A stretch of 64,000 nt of DNA from Pseudomonadota bacterium (GCA_031416315.1 JANOTL010000075.1:14688-78687); one strand, 5' to 3'. Shown: positions 52,196 through 63,913, counted from the first letter of the stretch. A program made the numbers and translations. Notes: generated by a model from the letters alone, not told the origin.

Positions 52196-52262
52196 GAACT
52201 CCGGGGCTCCGGCAAGCGAGAGACATACCTCTAGGGCCGAAAAGCCAGCGGAGGAAACCGAC

Positions 52263-52874
52263 TTACTTGGCCGCCATCGCGCGACCCGGATTCGGGCTCA
52301 AAAACTTCGTCTGCACCCACTGCGCATCACCGACACGCGCCCATTCCCCTTTGATCTCTACGGGAAGTTGGCTGCCTTTGACGAGCTTGCCGACGATCGC
52401 GCTGTCACTGGTGCTGGGCTTCGAGCGGACGTTCAGCACGTTGACGGCGACGAAGCGCGTCACCTTCTCCGCCTTCTCGACCTTCTCGGTCTTTAAGGCG
52501 ACGGCGACGGGCCCCACCGCGGCCTTCTTCTCCTCGAGCTTGACGACCTTGACCTCGGTCTTCACGTTCGGCGAGGCGGGCGCCTTGCCAGTGACCTTCG
52601 TCTGGGCGTTGAGCTTCGGCGGCGGCGGCAGGACGCGCGGCTTGGCGGGCGTCAGCGGCTTGGCTGCGGTCTTCTTCGACGGCTCGAGCGTCGCGCTCTT
52701 ATCGACGACGCTTTGAGCGCCCGGACTCGAGGCCGCGACTTTCGTCGGCGCCGCCTTTTCGGTCTTCGGCTTCACCTCGGCCGAGTCGTGGGTGGCGCAG
52801 GAGTTGTAAACGAGAGTGCCCGAGAACAGCAGCACCGGAAAACAGGCGGCCGAAAGAATCGCGCGAATGTCCAT
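52263..52874 (-). CDS. Exported protein with Lys/Pro-rich linker and C-terminal SH3b domain
   Basis: Start MDIRAIL; LNVRSKPS…IVGKL.KG…GEWARV…WV..KFLS. Confidence 0.85.
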   Translation of the reverse strand: MDIRAILSAACFPVLLFSGTLVYNSCATHDSAEVKPKTEKAAPTKVAASSPGAQSVVDKSATLEPSKKTAAKPLTPAKPRVLPPPPKLNAQTKVTGKAPASPNVKTEVKVVKLEEKKAAVGPVAVALKTEKVEKAEKVTRFVAVNVLNVRSKPSTSDSAIVGKLVKGSQLPVEIKGEWARVGDAQWVQTKFLSPNPGRAMAAK

Positions 52875-52984
52875 GATGTCCCCCTCTAGGTTGCCGGAGC
52901 TGCTGATCATGCGATCCGTAGCAGGCAAAGACCAATAGCGGTCGTTTGACGAGGGACTTGACTGATTGCCGTAAGCATAAGAAT

Positions 52985-54022
52985 TTATAGCTGAATTTCC
53001 TTGGCTTTCCACAGCATGGCGAGGTTCTCCCGGACCAAACTGCCCATGGAAGCGCACTCCAGGAAGCTCGTCTGGCGGTGGTGCTCGGCGAGCTCCTCTC
53101 GCAGCTGGACGACGTGCTCCTGGGGCGCGACCGGGTCGTGCTCCATCGCGGACAGGAGCGCCTTCAGTCGAAAGTCGGAGGACTTCATCCGTTTCTTGAT
53201 CAAAGTCCGCTCCTCGGTCTGATATTGGCGCACGGACTCCGGCGTGAGGTGCTTCATGCCGAGGTTGATGATCGGATTGTTCTCTTTGTAGTACTGCGGC
53301 AGGTAGACGTGGCGACGCGGCTCGTAGCTTTGCTGGTCGAAGTCGATGGCGCGGATGCGGTAGCTGTTCTCTTCGAAGTCGACGGTGATGTCGACGACGA
53401 AGTTCGCGGAATGCATGTCGCCGAGAAGCCGAAGGAAGCAGCGCTCGTTGAACTTCACGAACTCCTTCGCCAGCCGCACCTCGTTCAAGTTCGACTGCAT
53501 GTAGTGGCCGATGAAGAGATCGCCGGGAATGCCGAAGATGTGCTCCTCGATCAGCGTATTCCGGTCGACGAAGAAGGTGATGTCGTTGGGCGACAGGACT
53601 TGCTCGAGCTCCAGACCGTAGACTCGCGAGGCGTCGGCGAGCTTCACGTAGAAGTAGTCGAAGTTGTCGTTGAGCGTGTTGACGATGCGGACCCGGAAGG
53701 GCTTCGAGTTGCCGTACATGCAAAGGTCGATGCGGTCGACCTCGAGGTGCTCCATGACGGAGCCGTCGCCCTCGGAGCGCAGGATGGCGTAGGTCTGAAC
53801 GAGCCCCGCCATGACCTCGCGCCGGTCGGAAGGGTCGTAGCTCACGGTCGACCAGAGCGTGTCCTCGCCGTTCTTGTCGTAGAGGGCGACAGCGGCCGAG
53901 TACCGGAGGAGGTCGGAGTACGTCACCGGCAGCGGCGTCATGCGGCCGAAGGCGTTCAAGTAGGTCTCGAAATTGCCCGTGACGGGGTAGGGCAGCTTCT
54001 TCAGATCGATCATCTTAACCAT
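52985..54022 (-). CDS. Conserved hypothetical protein with PI3K/HipA-like kinase motifs
   Basis: YFYVK, LELE, LGDMHSANF, IRAIDFD. Confidence 0.7.
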   Translation of the reverse strand: MVKMIDLKKLPYPVTGNFETYLNAFGRMTPLPVTYSDLLRYSAAVALYDKNGEDTLWSTVSYDPSDRREVMAGLVQTYAILRSEGDGSVMEHLEVDRIDLCMYGNSKPFRVRIVNTLNDNFDYFYVKLADASRVYGLELEQVLSPNDITFFVDRNTLIEEHIFGIPGDLFIGHYMQSNLNEVRLAKEFVKFNERCFLRLLGDMHSANFVVDITVDFEENSYRIRAIDFDQQSYEPRRHVYLPQYYKENNPIINLGMKHLTPESVRQYQTEERTLIKKRMKSSDFRLKALLSAMEHDPVAPQEHVVQLREELAEHHRQTSFLECASMGSLVRENLAMLWKAKEIQL

Positions 54023-54117
54023 TGAATCCTCAACGGGAATCTAAGGCGCTTGACGGGGCGAGGCTATTTTAGCACTGTGGCCAAACCCATGCCTCCCAAG
54101 GGTTACAGGAGCCAGGC

Positions 54118-54993
54118 TTGAAATTTTTTTCCACGATCCTTCTGGCGATGGCCCTCATCGGCGCCGCTCCCGATCCGGCGGTCGACGCCGAGACGACCGA
54201 GCTGGTCCGCGCCACCTTGGCTCGCTATTTCTCCGAGGCCAAGCTCGCCGTCCCCGAGCCGATGAGCGTCGTCACTCGCGCGGACATCGACACGGTGGCG
54301 GAGGCGCCCCGCCTCAAAGGGCTGACGATCGAGGTCGCGATGACGACCGACCACCCCGCGAACGTGCTCCTTGGTGCGCGCAATTTCCTGTCGCACGAGA
54401 TGGAAGGGCGCGGCTACCGCTTCGGCGCGACGGCGGACGAGGCGGATCTGCGAGTGCCCGCGACCCTGAAGTTCCAGATCGCGGCGCCGCTGGCGAACGG
54501 CGGCGTGACGCGGTTTGGGTTGAAGCCCGTGCTCACCTTTACCGCCCTGGTCTTGGCGGCCGTGGCCTTAATGGTCCTGGCCTTTTCCCTCAGCCGTCGG
54601 GCGTTTCGCCGCCCGAGCCGGCCGCCCGCCAAAGGTCCCGTCGGGGACGCGGCGCCGCACGTCTTTGCCGGCGGCGAGCCCTCCGTCCACGGCTCGGCGC
54701 AGACGACCTTTAAGCCCTTGCCCGACGTGATGTTGAACGAGGGTCCGGCGGACGTCGCGGGTGAGATCCGGGCCCAAGCCGAGCGCAACCTGCGCCCCGA
54801 GCTCGAGGCCCTGGTGCTGGAGATCGCGGGCATGCCGCTGGAGCGCGCCATGCACCTCCTGGCAGCGGTGAGCGCCGAGGATCGCGAGCTGCTCTTCGAC
54901 CGCCTGAACCTGCACCAATCCGTACGCCGCAGAGTCGAGCGCGAGCTCGTCGCCAGCGGCCGCATGCCCGAACTCGGACCCTTGCCGACGTGA
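54118..54993 (+). CDS. Hypothetical bitopic membrane protein
   Basis: Signal peptide, central TM helix, helical cytoplasmic tail. Confidence 0.65.
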   Translation: MKFFSTILLAMALIGAAPDPAVDAETTELVRATLARYFSEAKLAVPEPMSVVTRADIDTVAEAPRLKGLTIEVAMTTDHPANVLLGARNFLSHEMEGRGYRFGATADEADLRVPATLKFQIAAPLANGGVTRFGLKPVLTFTALVLAAVALMVLAFSLSRRAFRRPSRPPAKGPVGDAAPHVFAGGEPSVHGSAQTTFKPLPDVMLNEGPADVAGEIRAQAERNLRPELEALVLEIAGMPLERAMHLLAAVSAEDRELLFDRLNLHQSVRRRVERELVASGRMPELGPLPT

Positions 54994-56201
54994 ACGTCGC
55001 CATCCTCGGCGGCGGCGCGGCGGGCATCTTCGCCGCGATCCGCTGCGCCTCGACGCATCCAGGCGCCCGTGTCGTCGTGCTCGAGGGCACGCGAAGGCCG
55101 CTGACGAAGTTGCGCATCTCAGGCGGCGGCCGGTGCAACGTCACCCATCACTGCTTCGAGCCGAAGGAGCTGGTGCGCAACTACCCGCGCGGCTCGCGCG
55201 AGCTCCTGCAGGCTTTTCATCGCTTTCAGCCGCAGGACACGGTGCGCTGGTTCGAGGAGCGAGGCGTGCCGCTCAAGGTCGAGGCGGATGGACGCATGTT
55301 TCCGACGACGGACTCTTCGGAGACGGTCGCGGCCTGTCTCCTCGGCGAGCTGAAGCGCCTCCAGGTCGAGCTGCGGCTGGGGGCCATCGTGCGCGCGATC
55401 GCGCGCGAGAACAACGGATTCACCCTGTCCCTTCAGGGAGGCGCCGCCGTCTTTTTCGACAAGCTCGTGCTCGCGACGGGCGGCGCCCCGGCCGGCTACG
55501 AGCTGGCGCGCAAGCTCGGCCACGAGATCGTGCCGCTCGTTCCCTCGCTCTTCACCTTCATGGTGAAGGACCCGCGTCTGGCTGAGCTCGCGGGCGTGAG
55601 CTTTCCGAGGGCGACGTTGGCGTTGAAGGTCGACGGCGAAAGCGAGACCTTCGAGGCCGAGGGGCCACTCCTCATCACGCACTGGGGGCTGAGCGGCCCC
55701 GCCGTCCTACGGATCTCGGCCTTCGCCGCGCGGGCGCTGCATGCGAGCGGCTACCGCGGCACGCTACGGATCGGAATTCTCCCCGGCGTCAACGCGGACG
55801 CCGCCTTCGAGCGTATCGCGCGCTACAAAGAGACGCACGCGCGCCGCGGCGTCGCCGGCAATCCGGCCGCCGACGTGCCGAAGCGCTTTTGGGAGAAGAT
55901 CGCGGCGCCCGTCGGCGCGAAGACTTACGCGGACGTTACGAAGCTCGAGGCGCGCGCCCTCGCGGACGAGCTGACGCGCGGCGCTTACGCGATTCACGGG
56001 AAAGGCGAGTTCAAAGAAGAGTTCGTGACGGCCGGCGGCGTCGCCCTGAAGGAGGTCGACTTCCGCACGATGCAGTCCAAGATCGTCCCGGGGCTCTTCT
56101 TCGCGGGGGAGATCCTGGACGTCGACGGCGTGACCGGGGGCTTCAACTTTCAGAATGCTTGGACGACGGCGTGGATCGCCGGGTCGGGTCACGGCGGGTA
56201 G
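54990..56201 (+). CDS. HI0933/YhiN-family flavoprotein
   Basis: GGGAAG, ISGGGRCNVT, GRMFP, LLITHWGLSGPAVL, VTAGGV, GGFNFQNAW. Confidence 0.93.
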   Translation: MNVAILGGGAAGIFAAIRCASTHPGARVVVLEGTRRPLTKLRISGGGRCNVTHHCFEPKELVRNYPRGSRELLQAFHRFQPQDTVRWFEERGVPLKVEADGRMFPTTDSSETVAACLLGELKRLQVELRLGAIVRAIARENNGFTLSLQGGAAVFFDKLVLATGGAPAGYELARKLGHEIVPLVPSLFTFMVKDPRLAELAGVSFPRATLALKVDGESETFEAEGPLLITHWGLSGPAVLRISAFAARALHASGYRGTLRIGILPGVNADAAFERIARYKETHARRGVAGNPAADVPKRFWEKIAAPVGAKTYADVTKLEARALADELTRGAYAIHGKGEFKEEFVTAGGVALKEVDFRTMQSKIVPGLFFAGEILDVDGVTGGFNFQNAWTTAWIAGSGHGG

Positions 56202-57478
56202 ACGTAGCCCGTGATGCCGCAGCCGGACCAAGAGTACCCGTCGTTTGGTCCGCCGCCCACGTCGTTGCGCGCGTAAAAGACGCGGCCGCCCCAGGGGGAG
56301 TTGCAGAGCTTCTGCAGCGGCACACTATTTTGATGGCGATCGCTGAAGACGCAGAAGGCGGGGCCGTCGATGACCCACCCGCCGTTATTGATCCCGGTTT
56401 GCGCGAAATCCCAAACGTAGCCAGTGACACCGGTCCCGCCATGATTGAAGTGCGAGCGGATGACCGTGAACGTGCCGGGAGTGCCGCACGGCGGCGACTT
56501 GCCGATGATGTTGATGCCGGCGAGGCCGTTGCCGGAAAGCTCGCCTTGAGTGGCTGACATCATCCAACCCTTGCCGGCGCTGCCCATCCAAATAGGCTGA
56601 GAGGCGTTGCGGAGGTTGTTCTCGGCGTCGATCGCAGCTTGCGCGGCTGCCGCTGCAGCGGCGGCGGCGGCTGCGGCAGCCGCATCGGCCGCCGCTTGCG
56701 CCGCGGCTTGCTGCGCCGCGAGGTCGGCGGCGGCCTTGTCGGCTGCGGCTTGCGCGTCAGCGGCGGCTTGCGTGGCGGCGGCTTGCTGATCCGCAATGAC
56801 GACGGCCTCGGCTTCTTCCGCCTTTTTCGTCGCGGCCTTCGCCTCGTATTCTTTGACGAGGAAGCCGATGCCGCCCTTTTGCGAGGTCTTCTTCTTGTCA
56901 GCGAGGGCCAAGCCCGCGCCTGCCGAAAAGGGGTCGTCGCCGGCGATGATCGCGTTGTTGGCGATCGTCTGGTTGATGAGACCGATCTCGTGCTTGGCCA
57001 TTTCGGCCGTGACGAACGTTGCGGCATTGCCTGCGAGCTGCGAGTGCTTGCCGAAGAGCTTGGTCAGGTCGTCCGCCGCCGTGTAGGGCGGCATGTCTGC
57101 CATCCAGCTCAGCTTCTTCGCCAGGTCGCCGCTAGCCGCGGCGTTCGGATCCGCGAGGATGGTGTTGTAGGCAGTGAGCGCCATGAACTTTTGGACCGTG
57201 TCTTCGCGATACTCGGACGCGGTGAAATTCTTCGGCGTGTTGTCGCCGACCTCGTCGTCGGTGATCCCGCCTTCGCCTTCGCCTTCGCCCGCGGAGCTTT
57301 TCTTCTTCTTCTTGGCGGCGCCGTTGCTCGCGCCCGAGCTATCGTCGTCGGCGGACTCGACGACCTTGCCGTCCTTCTTCTTGGACTTAGCCTTGCCCGA
57401 GGCGCCAGACAGGCCGGAATCGCCGCCGCAACCCGCGGCGGCTAAAAGGACGAGGCAGGCAATTGAGATGGATCGCAC
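56189..57478 (-). CDS. Lipoprotein with Ala-rich coiled-coil stalk and Cys-containing C-terminal domain (paralog A)
   Basis: GTG start with GGAG RBS, lipobox AAGC, C-terminus FCVF…VPL..CN…GGRVFY…CG.TGYVYP. Confidence 0.8.
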   Translation of the reverse strand: MRSISIACLVLLAAAGCGGDSGLSGASGKAKSKKKDGKVVESADDDSSGASNGAAKKKKKSSAGEGEGEGGITDDEVGDNTPKNFTASEYREDTVQKFMALTAYNTILADPNAAASGDLAKKLSWMADMPPYTAADDLTKLFGKHSQLAGNAATFVTAEMAKHEIGLINQTIANNAIIAGDDPFSAGAGLALADKKKTSQKGGIGFLVKEYEAKAATKKAEEAEAVVIADQQAAATQAAADAQAAADKAAADLAAQQAAAQAAADAAAAAAAAAAAAAAQAAIDAENNLRNASQPIWMGSAGKGWMMSATQGELSGNGLAGINIIGKSPPCGTPGTFTVIRSHFNHGGTGVTGYVWDFAQTGINNGGWVIDGPAFCVFSDRHQNSVPLQKLCNSPWGGRVFYARNDVGGGPNDGYSWSGCGITGYVYPP

Positions 57479-57516
57479 GTGAGACACTCCCCGGAGTTTG
57501 TGACAGGGCGAGCTGC

Positions 57517-58728
57517 TCAAGGATAGATGTAGCCGTGGGTGCCGCAAGCGACCCAAGTCAGCGCGGGCGCGTCGTTCGGCGGGGCTGCGTTCCCGGCGAA
57601 ATAGACGCGGCCGCCGCGCTGCGCGTTGCAGTAACGAACGAGCGGGACGGTGCCCGACTGGGCGTCGCGGAAGACGCAAAAGACCTGGCCTTGCATCTGC
57701 CAACCCGGCTCGTTTGCGGCGCGGGTCTCGGCTTCGCCCTGAGGCGAGATATCGTAGACCCAGCCGGCGCCCGCGTGGAGGAACGCGGTGCGGAACATCG
57801 GCATGGCGTTCGGGTGCGTACAGGACGGCGCGCGTCCCATGGCGTTCGCGCCCGAGAAGCCGGTCGCGAGCTCGTTTTTCGCGACCGTGAGCAGCCAACC
57901 TAGGCCGTTGCTGCCCATGTAGAGCACTTGGCCGGCATCGATGACGGCCGGATCGGGTGTTGCCTTCTTGGCGGCGGCCGCGGTCGCGGCGACGGTGGCG
58001 AGCTGCTGCTTTAGCGCCGCCTGCTTGGCGAGTTGCGCGTCCGTCTGCGCCTTCAGCTCGGCGAGCTTGCCGTCGGCCTCGGCCTTCAGCTTGCGGTCGT
58101 CGTCGGCCTTCTTCTTGTTGGCGTTGAATTTCGCATCGATCTCGTCGAAAGACACTTTTTGGTTCTTGCCCGCGGGGGCCAGGAGCGCAAGGCCGGCGCC
58201 TTCCATCTTCGGGTTCTCGATCAGGTCGCGTTTGATCGCGTCCGCCGAGGCCTGCGCCGATTCGGCCGAGGGGAAGCTCGCCGGATCGGAGAGGAGAAAC
58301 ATCGGATAGCGGTTCACGGTTTCGATCGCCGTTTCCAGCGGCAGGTCGGCGTAGACCGCGGTATCGGCGATCACGCTCAGAAAGCCATTCTCCTCGGTCG
58401 TGCGCGGATCGGCGTCCACGAGCGCGCGGTACGCCTGGAACGCGAGCCATTTGGTCTCGGTGTCCAGCTTCAGCGAGGCCTCGGTGAAGACCGGCTCCGG
58501 CAACTTCACCGGCTCGGCGGGCTGCGAGGCGCCGGTCGTGTTGGCCGATACGTCGGCCTTCACGATCTCCTCGTCCGGCTCGTCGACGTCGGCGACGGTC
58601 TCTTTCTTCTTGGCCTTTTCCTTGTCCTTGCTTGCGGAGCTACCGCTCAAGCCGGTCGCGCCGCCACAGGCCGAGACGAGGAAGAGAAGCGCCGTAAGTG
58701 ACGCGAGAACGTGACGGGTGGTGAGCAT
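57517..58728 (-). CDS. Lipoprotein paralog B
   Basis: Lipobox VSAC; same domain order and C-terminal motifs as paralog A. Confidence 0.8.
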   Translation of the reverse strand: MLTTRHVLASLTALLFLVSACGGATGLSGSSASKDKEKAKKKETVADVDEPDEEIVKADVSANTTGASQPAEPVKLPEPVFTEASLKLDTETKWLAFQAYRALVDADPRTTEENGFLSVIADTAVYADLPLETAIETVNRYPMFLLSDPASFPSAESAQASADAIKRDLIENPKMEGAGLALLAPAGKNQKVSFDEIDAKFNANKKKADDDRKLKAEADGKLAELKAQTDAQLAKQAALKQQLATVAATAAAAKKATPDPAVIDAGQVLYMGSNGLGWLLTVAKNELATGFSGANAMGRAPSCTHPNAMPMFRTAFLHAGAGWVYDISPQGEAETRAANEPGWQMQGQVFCVFRDAQSGTVPLVRYCNAQRGGRVYFAGNAAPPNDAPALTWVACGTHGYIYP

Positions 58729-58757
58729 GCGATTCGTCCTTAGCGAGCGGACCGAGC

Positions 58758-60299
58758 TTAACGACGCGGGCGACCGGCGATGTAGCCGCCGCCGCGGAAG
58801 TCGGTTGGCCCTTTGATCTCGTTGTAGAACGCGTTCGAGGTGTTATCGATGTCCCAGGCCGAGATGCGGTTCGAGCCGCAGTTGCCGGCGACGGTCAGGA
58901 CCGAAGCCTTGACGGCGTCCTTCGTTTTCGAAAAGGCGCCGACCCGCACACCGCAGCGGCTTGATTCTTCGTACGCGAAAAAGTTCATCAGGACCGTCGA
59001 GCCGTCGATGCCGCTGTAGACCGAGACGCGCGGGCCGCCGCCGTCGCCGGCGCCGACGATGATGTCGGAGAAGCCGTCGCCGTTGACGTCGCCGCCGGCC
59101 ACGTAGAGACCGCCGCGGAAGCCGGGCTCGATGCCGTTGGCCATGAAGTTGCGGATGAGGGCCGGGGTGCCGGAGGCGAGGCTGAAGACGCGCACGTGCG
59201 GGCCGCCGCCCTTGCCGACGGAGGCGATGACGTCACCGTGGCCGTCGCCGTCGACGTCGCCGCAGCCGACGATCGCGCCGAGGCGAAGCGCCACGTCGTC
59301 GAAGACGAAAAAGTCGAAGAGCTGCGCGCCCGGGTTGCCTGCCGAGTAGATCTTGACGCGCGGTCCGCCGCCTTCGCCGGCGCCGACGATCAGATCGTCC
59401 TTGCCGTCTTTGTTGACGTCGCAGGCCGCGATGAATGCGCCGCCGGTGAAGTTGTTGTCGAACGCGAAAAAGTCTGCGTACATGCGATTGGTGGCACCTG
59501 CGTCCCGCTTCAGGACGGCGACGCGCGGTCCGCCCCCGTCACCGGCCGCGACGGCCCATTCCTGGACGCCGTCGCCGTCGAAGTCGCCGACCGCGACGCG
59601 CACGCCGGTCCGGTCGGTTTCCTCGCGCACGAAGGAGTACGTAAACTGGCCGCGGTCCCAGGCGTCCATGCCGACGCCGATCGGGCCGCCGGCTTCGCCG
59701 AAGCCGTTGGCGATCATCATGGAAGTGAAGTCTTTGAGGGGCGGCGTCAGGTCCGGCACGCTGTCGGGCGGCGGCGGCGCGACTTCCGAGGCGCCGTTGA
59801 TGACTTTGATGTAGAGGAGAACGCCAGAGCCGTCGGCCAGGATCACCTTCACCAACGCGTCGCCGTTGCCTGTCGGTGTGAGCGCGTTGTCGCCGCCGAC
59901 CGTGACGACGTCAGGGTTCGAGGACTCCGCCGAGCCGATCGTCGAGCCCGCGGGGAGGTACTTCGTGAGGTCGACCGGCGTCGTGCCGACCGGTAGGACG
60001 AGCGGGCTCGCCTCCGTGCCTTCGCCGGTCGGAACCATTGGGGCGACGTCGGGGGTGGCCGTCGTGCCCGCGCCCGTGACGGCCGGGGATCCGGTCGAGC
60101 CTTTAGAATTGTTCTTGCCACTGGGACCCGACGCGCTGTCGTCGTCGTCGTCATCCCCGTCGGCCGCGTCGGCTTTGCCTTTGCCGCCGTCCTTCGTGGC
60201 TTTTTTTGAACCGGCGTCGGTGAAGGCGCCGTCGCTACAAGAGAGCGCGGTACCCATCAAGAACGCGACGACAATGGCGGCAGTCTTATGACGCATCAT
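58758..60299 (-). CDS. FG-GAP/VCBS repeat lipoprotein
   Basis: Lipobox ALSC; repeated GDxDGDG..D...GAG.GGGPRV. Confidence 0.88.
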   Translation of the reverse strand: MMRHKTAAIVVAFLMGTALSCSDGAFTDAGSKKATKDGGKGKADAADGDDDDDDSASGPSGKNNSKGSTGSPAVTGAGTTATPDVAPMVPTGEGTEASPLVLPVGTTPVDLTKYLPAGSTIGSAESSNPDVVTVGGDNALTPTGNGDALVKVILADGSGVLLYIKVINGASEVAPPPPDSVPDLTPPLKDFTSMMIANGFGEAGGPIGVGMDAWDRGQFTYSFVREETDRTGVRVAVGDFDGDGVQEWAVAAGDGGGPRVAVLKRDAGATNRMYADFFAFDNNFTGGAFIAACDVNKDGKDDLIVGAGEGGGPRVKIYSAGNPGAQLFDFFVFDDVALRLGAIVGCGDVDGDGHGDVIASVGKGGGPHVRVFSLASGTPALIRNFMANGIEPGFRGGLYVAGGDVNGDGFSDIIVGAGDGGGPRVSVYSGIDGSTVLMNFFAYEESSRCGVRVGAFSKTKDAVKASVLTVAGNCGSNRISAWDIDNTSNAFYNEIKGPTDFRGGGYIAGRPRR

Positions 60300-60325
60300 A
60301 CGAAAATCCTCCTGCAACATCTCCA

Positions 60326-60353
60326 CGATCGGTAAGACGGCAAAAGGACCTGA
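60326..60353 (-). promoter_or_regulatory. sigma28-like promoter of the three-lipoprotein operon
   Basis: TCAGG-N15-ACCGATCG. Confidence 0.5.
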
Positions 60354-60430
60354 GCGAAAGCTAAAGAGCCGCTGCCGGGGGGGCGCAGCGATTGGGCGAT
60401 ATTTCCAAACGATTCAGGGGGATGAAGAGC

Positions 60431-60455
60431 GGCCCGTGCCAGGACGGCACGGGCC
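60431..60455 (-). terminator. Hairpin after hppA
   Basis: GGCCCGTGCC-AGGAC-GGCACGGGCC; weak U-tract. Confidence 0.5.
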
Positions 60456-60466
60456 CGATCGAAGGG

Positions 60467-62572
<2,106 letters not shown>

Positions 62573-62767
62573 GGGAAGCTTCCTCCAGGATTGAGACTCG
62601 GGCAGGGTCAGCGAGAGGGGCTTAGGGTACTTTAAGAACCCCGGGTTCTGGCAAGCGGCGAATACGCCCGGAATCGCCCGTCGTCCCGGCGCAGTACGCA
62701 CGAATAGACGGGTACTTATAGCTACTTACTGTCAGGTAAAGGCTGGTAGGGGGCCTGGGAATCACCA

Positions 62768-62795
62768 TCAACCTTTGCGCAGCTGCGGCCGAAGG
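62768..62795 (+). promoter_or_regulatory. sigma28-like promoter
   Basis: TCAAC-N15-GCCGAAGG. Confidence 0.5.
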
Positions 62796-62835
62796 TAGTT
62801 TCAGTGCGGAGATCGTTATCGGAGGTCAGTGGACG

Positions 62836-63753
62836 ATGGAGACCCTGTCAGGTGGTACCTTGCTCGTCGTCGACGACGAAGTCGAGATCCGCGAGATTAT
62901 CGAGCTTTATGCGTCCACGCTCGGCATGAAAGTGCTGGAGGCCGAAGACGGCGACCGCGCCCTCGAGATCCTGCGCGCGCACCACGTCGACGTCATCGTC
63001 TCCGACCTGATGATGCCACGCCTCACCGGCCTCGGCCTCTTGGAAGCGCTGCGCAAGGAAGGTTTCATGCAGCCGTTCATCTTCGTGACGGCTTACCCGA
63101 GCCAGGACTCGACGATTCAAGCCCTGCGTCTGGGCGCGTTCGACTATCTCGAGAAACCCTTCGATCCGGAGGAGCTCGGCACGCTCCTGACCGAAGCGCT
63201 GCGCGTGAGCCTCGAGACGCAGAAGTTATCGCCGGAGAAGAAGAAGCCGCAAGGCAGCGACGAAACGAAGGCGCTGTACGAGATCAACCGCCTGAAGACG
63301 CTGCGTTTCGACAACGCGGGCCAACAACCCGAGCGCGACCCGAAGCAGAAGCTGCTCGATCATTTCGTCAACGAGGCGACGCCGCAGCTCTTGTTCGCGG
63401 AAGCGTCGATCAAGAACCTCATGAACGAGAGCGAGCGCGCTTTCGAGCTCGGCTACCTGTTCCGCGTGATGCAAGGCATCGCCGCGGCCGCGGACGCGGT
63501 CGGCGAGCGCGACGTGAAGCGACTTTCGGGGGCGGCCGAGCGCTTTTACACCGTGCTGCGCGTGAAGCCGCGGGCGATGCGCGGCGAGTTCGTCGAGCTC
63601 GCCCGGCGCGCGAACGAGAAACTGCGCGAGCTCGTCGCGAGCGCCGGATCGCCGGCGCCGACCTCGGAAGAGGGCGGGCTCGACGAGTTGGTCTTGGCCT
63701 TGGAGAACGGCGCGCAGGAAATCGAGCGCTACTCGATGTTCGCTGCGAGCTGA
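62836..63753 (+). CDS. Response regulator (REC) fused to a degenerate HPt-like domain
   Basis: VVDDE, SDLMMP, FVTAY, LEKPF; C-terminal FVNEA…LFRVMQGIAAAA. Confidence 0.85.
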   Translation: METLSGGTLLVVDDEVEIREIIELYASTLGMKVLEAEDGDRALEILRAHHVDVIVSDLMMPRLTGLGLLEALRKEGFMQPFIFVTAYPSQDSTIQALRLGAFDYLEKPFDPEELGTLLTEALRVSLETQKLSPEKKKPQGSDETKALYEINRLKTLRFDNAGQQPERDPKQKLLDHFVNEATPQLLFAEASIKNLMNESERAFELGYLFRVMQGIAAAADAVGERDVKRLSGAAERFYTVLRVKPRAMRGEFVELARRANEKLRELVASAGSPAPTSEEGGLDELVLALENGAQEIERYSMFAAS

Positions 63754-63860
63754 GCCGCGGCACGTCGGTCTTTCACAAGCCGTGAAAACAATCGCGACGC
63801 GAAAGGGCTCGTCGCCTTTACGGCCGCGGGGCTTGGCGTTAGGATGACTCTGTGGCTAAC

Positions 63861-63913
63861 TAGACCCTGGCGCTTTCGCGCCAGGGTCTATCCCGAGCGG
63901 AGCGAGGGATCTC
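63861..63913. repeat. 13-bp hairpin followed by a REP-like motif
   Basis: TAGACCCTGGCGC-TTTC-GCGCCAGGGTCTA then TCCCGAGCGGAGCGAGGGATCTC. Confidence 0.6.

Noticed and set aside
52263..53723. 486-aa ORF
   Set aside because: Only the last 203 codons (from 52874) look coding; the rest shadows the kinase-like gene
56189..58450. 753-aa ORF as a single gene
   Set aside because: The N-terminal part is a shadow frame of the 57517-58728 gene; the real start is GTG 57478 with RBS and lipobox
63755..63860. Possible c-di-GMP-I riboswitch (GAAA…GACGCGAAAG)
   Set aside because: Lacks the GGCAAAC and P2 elements and the expected pairing
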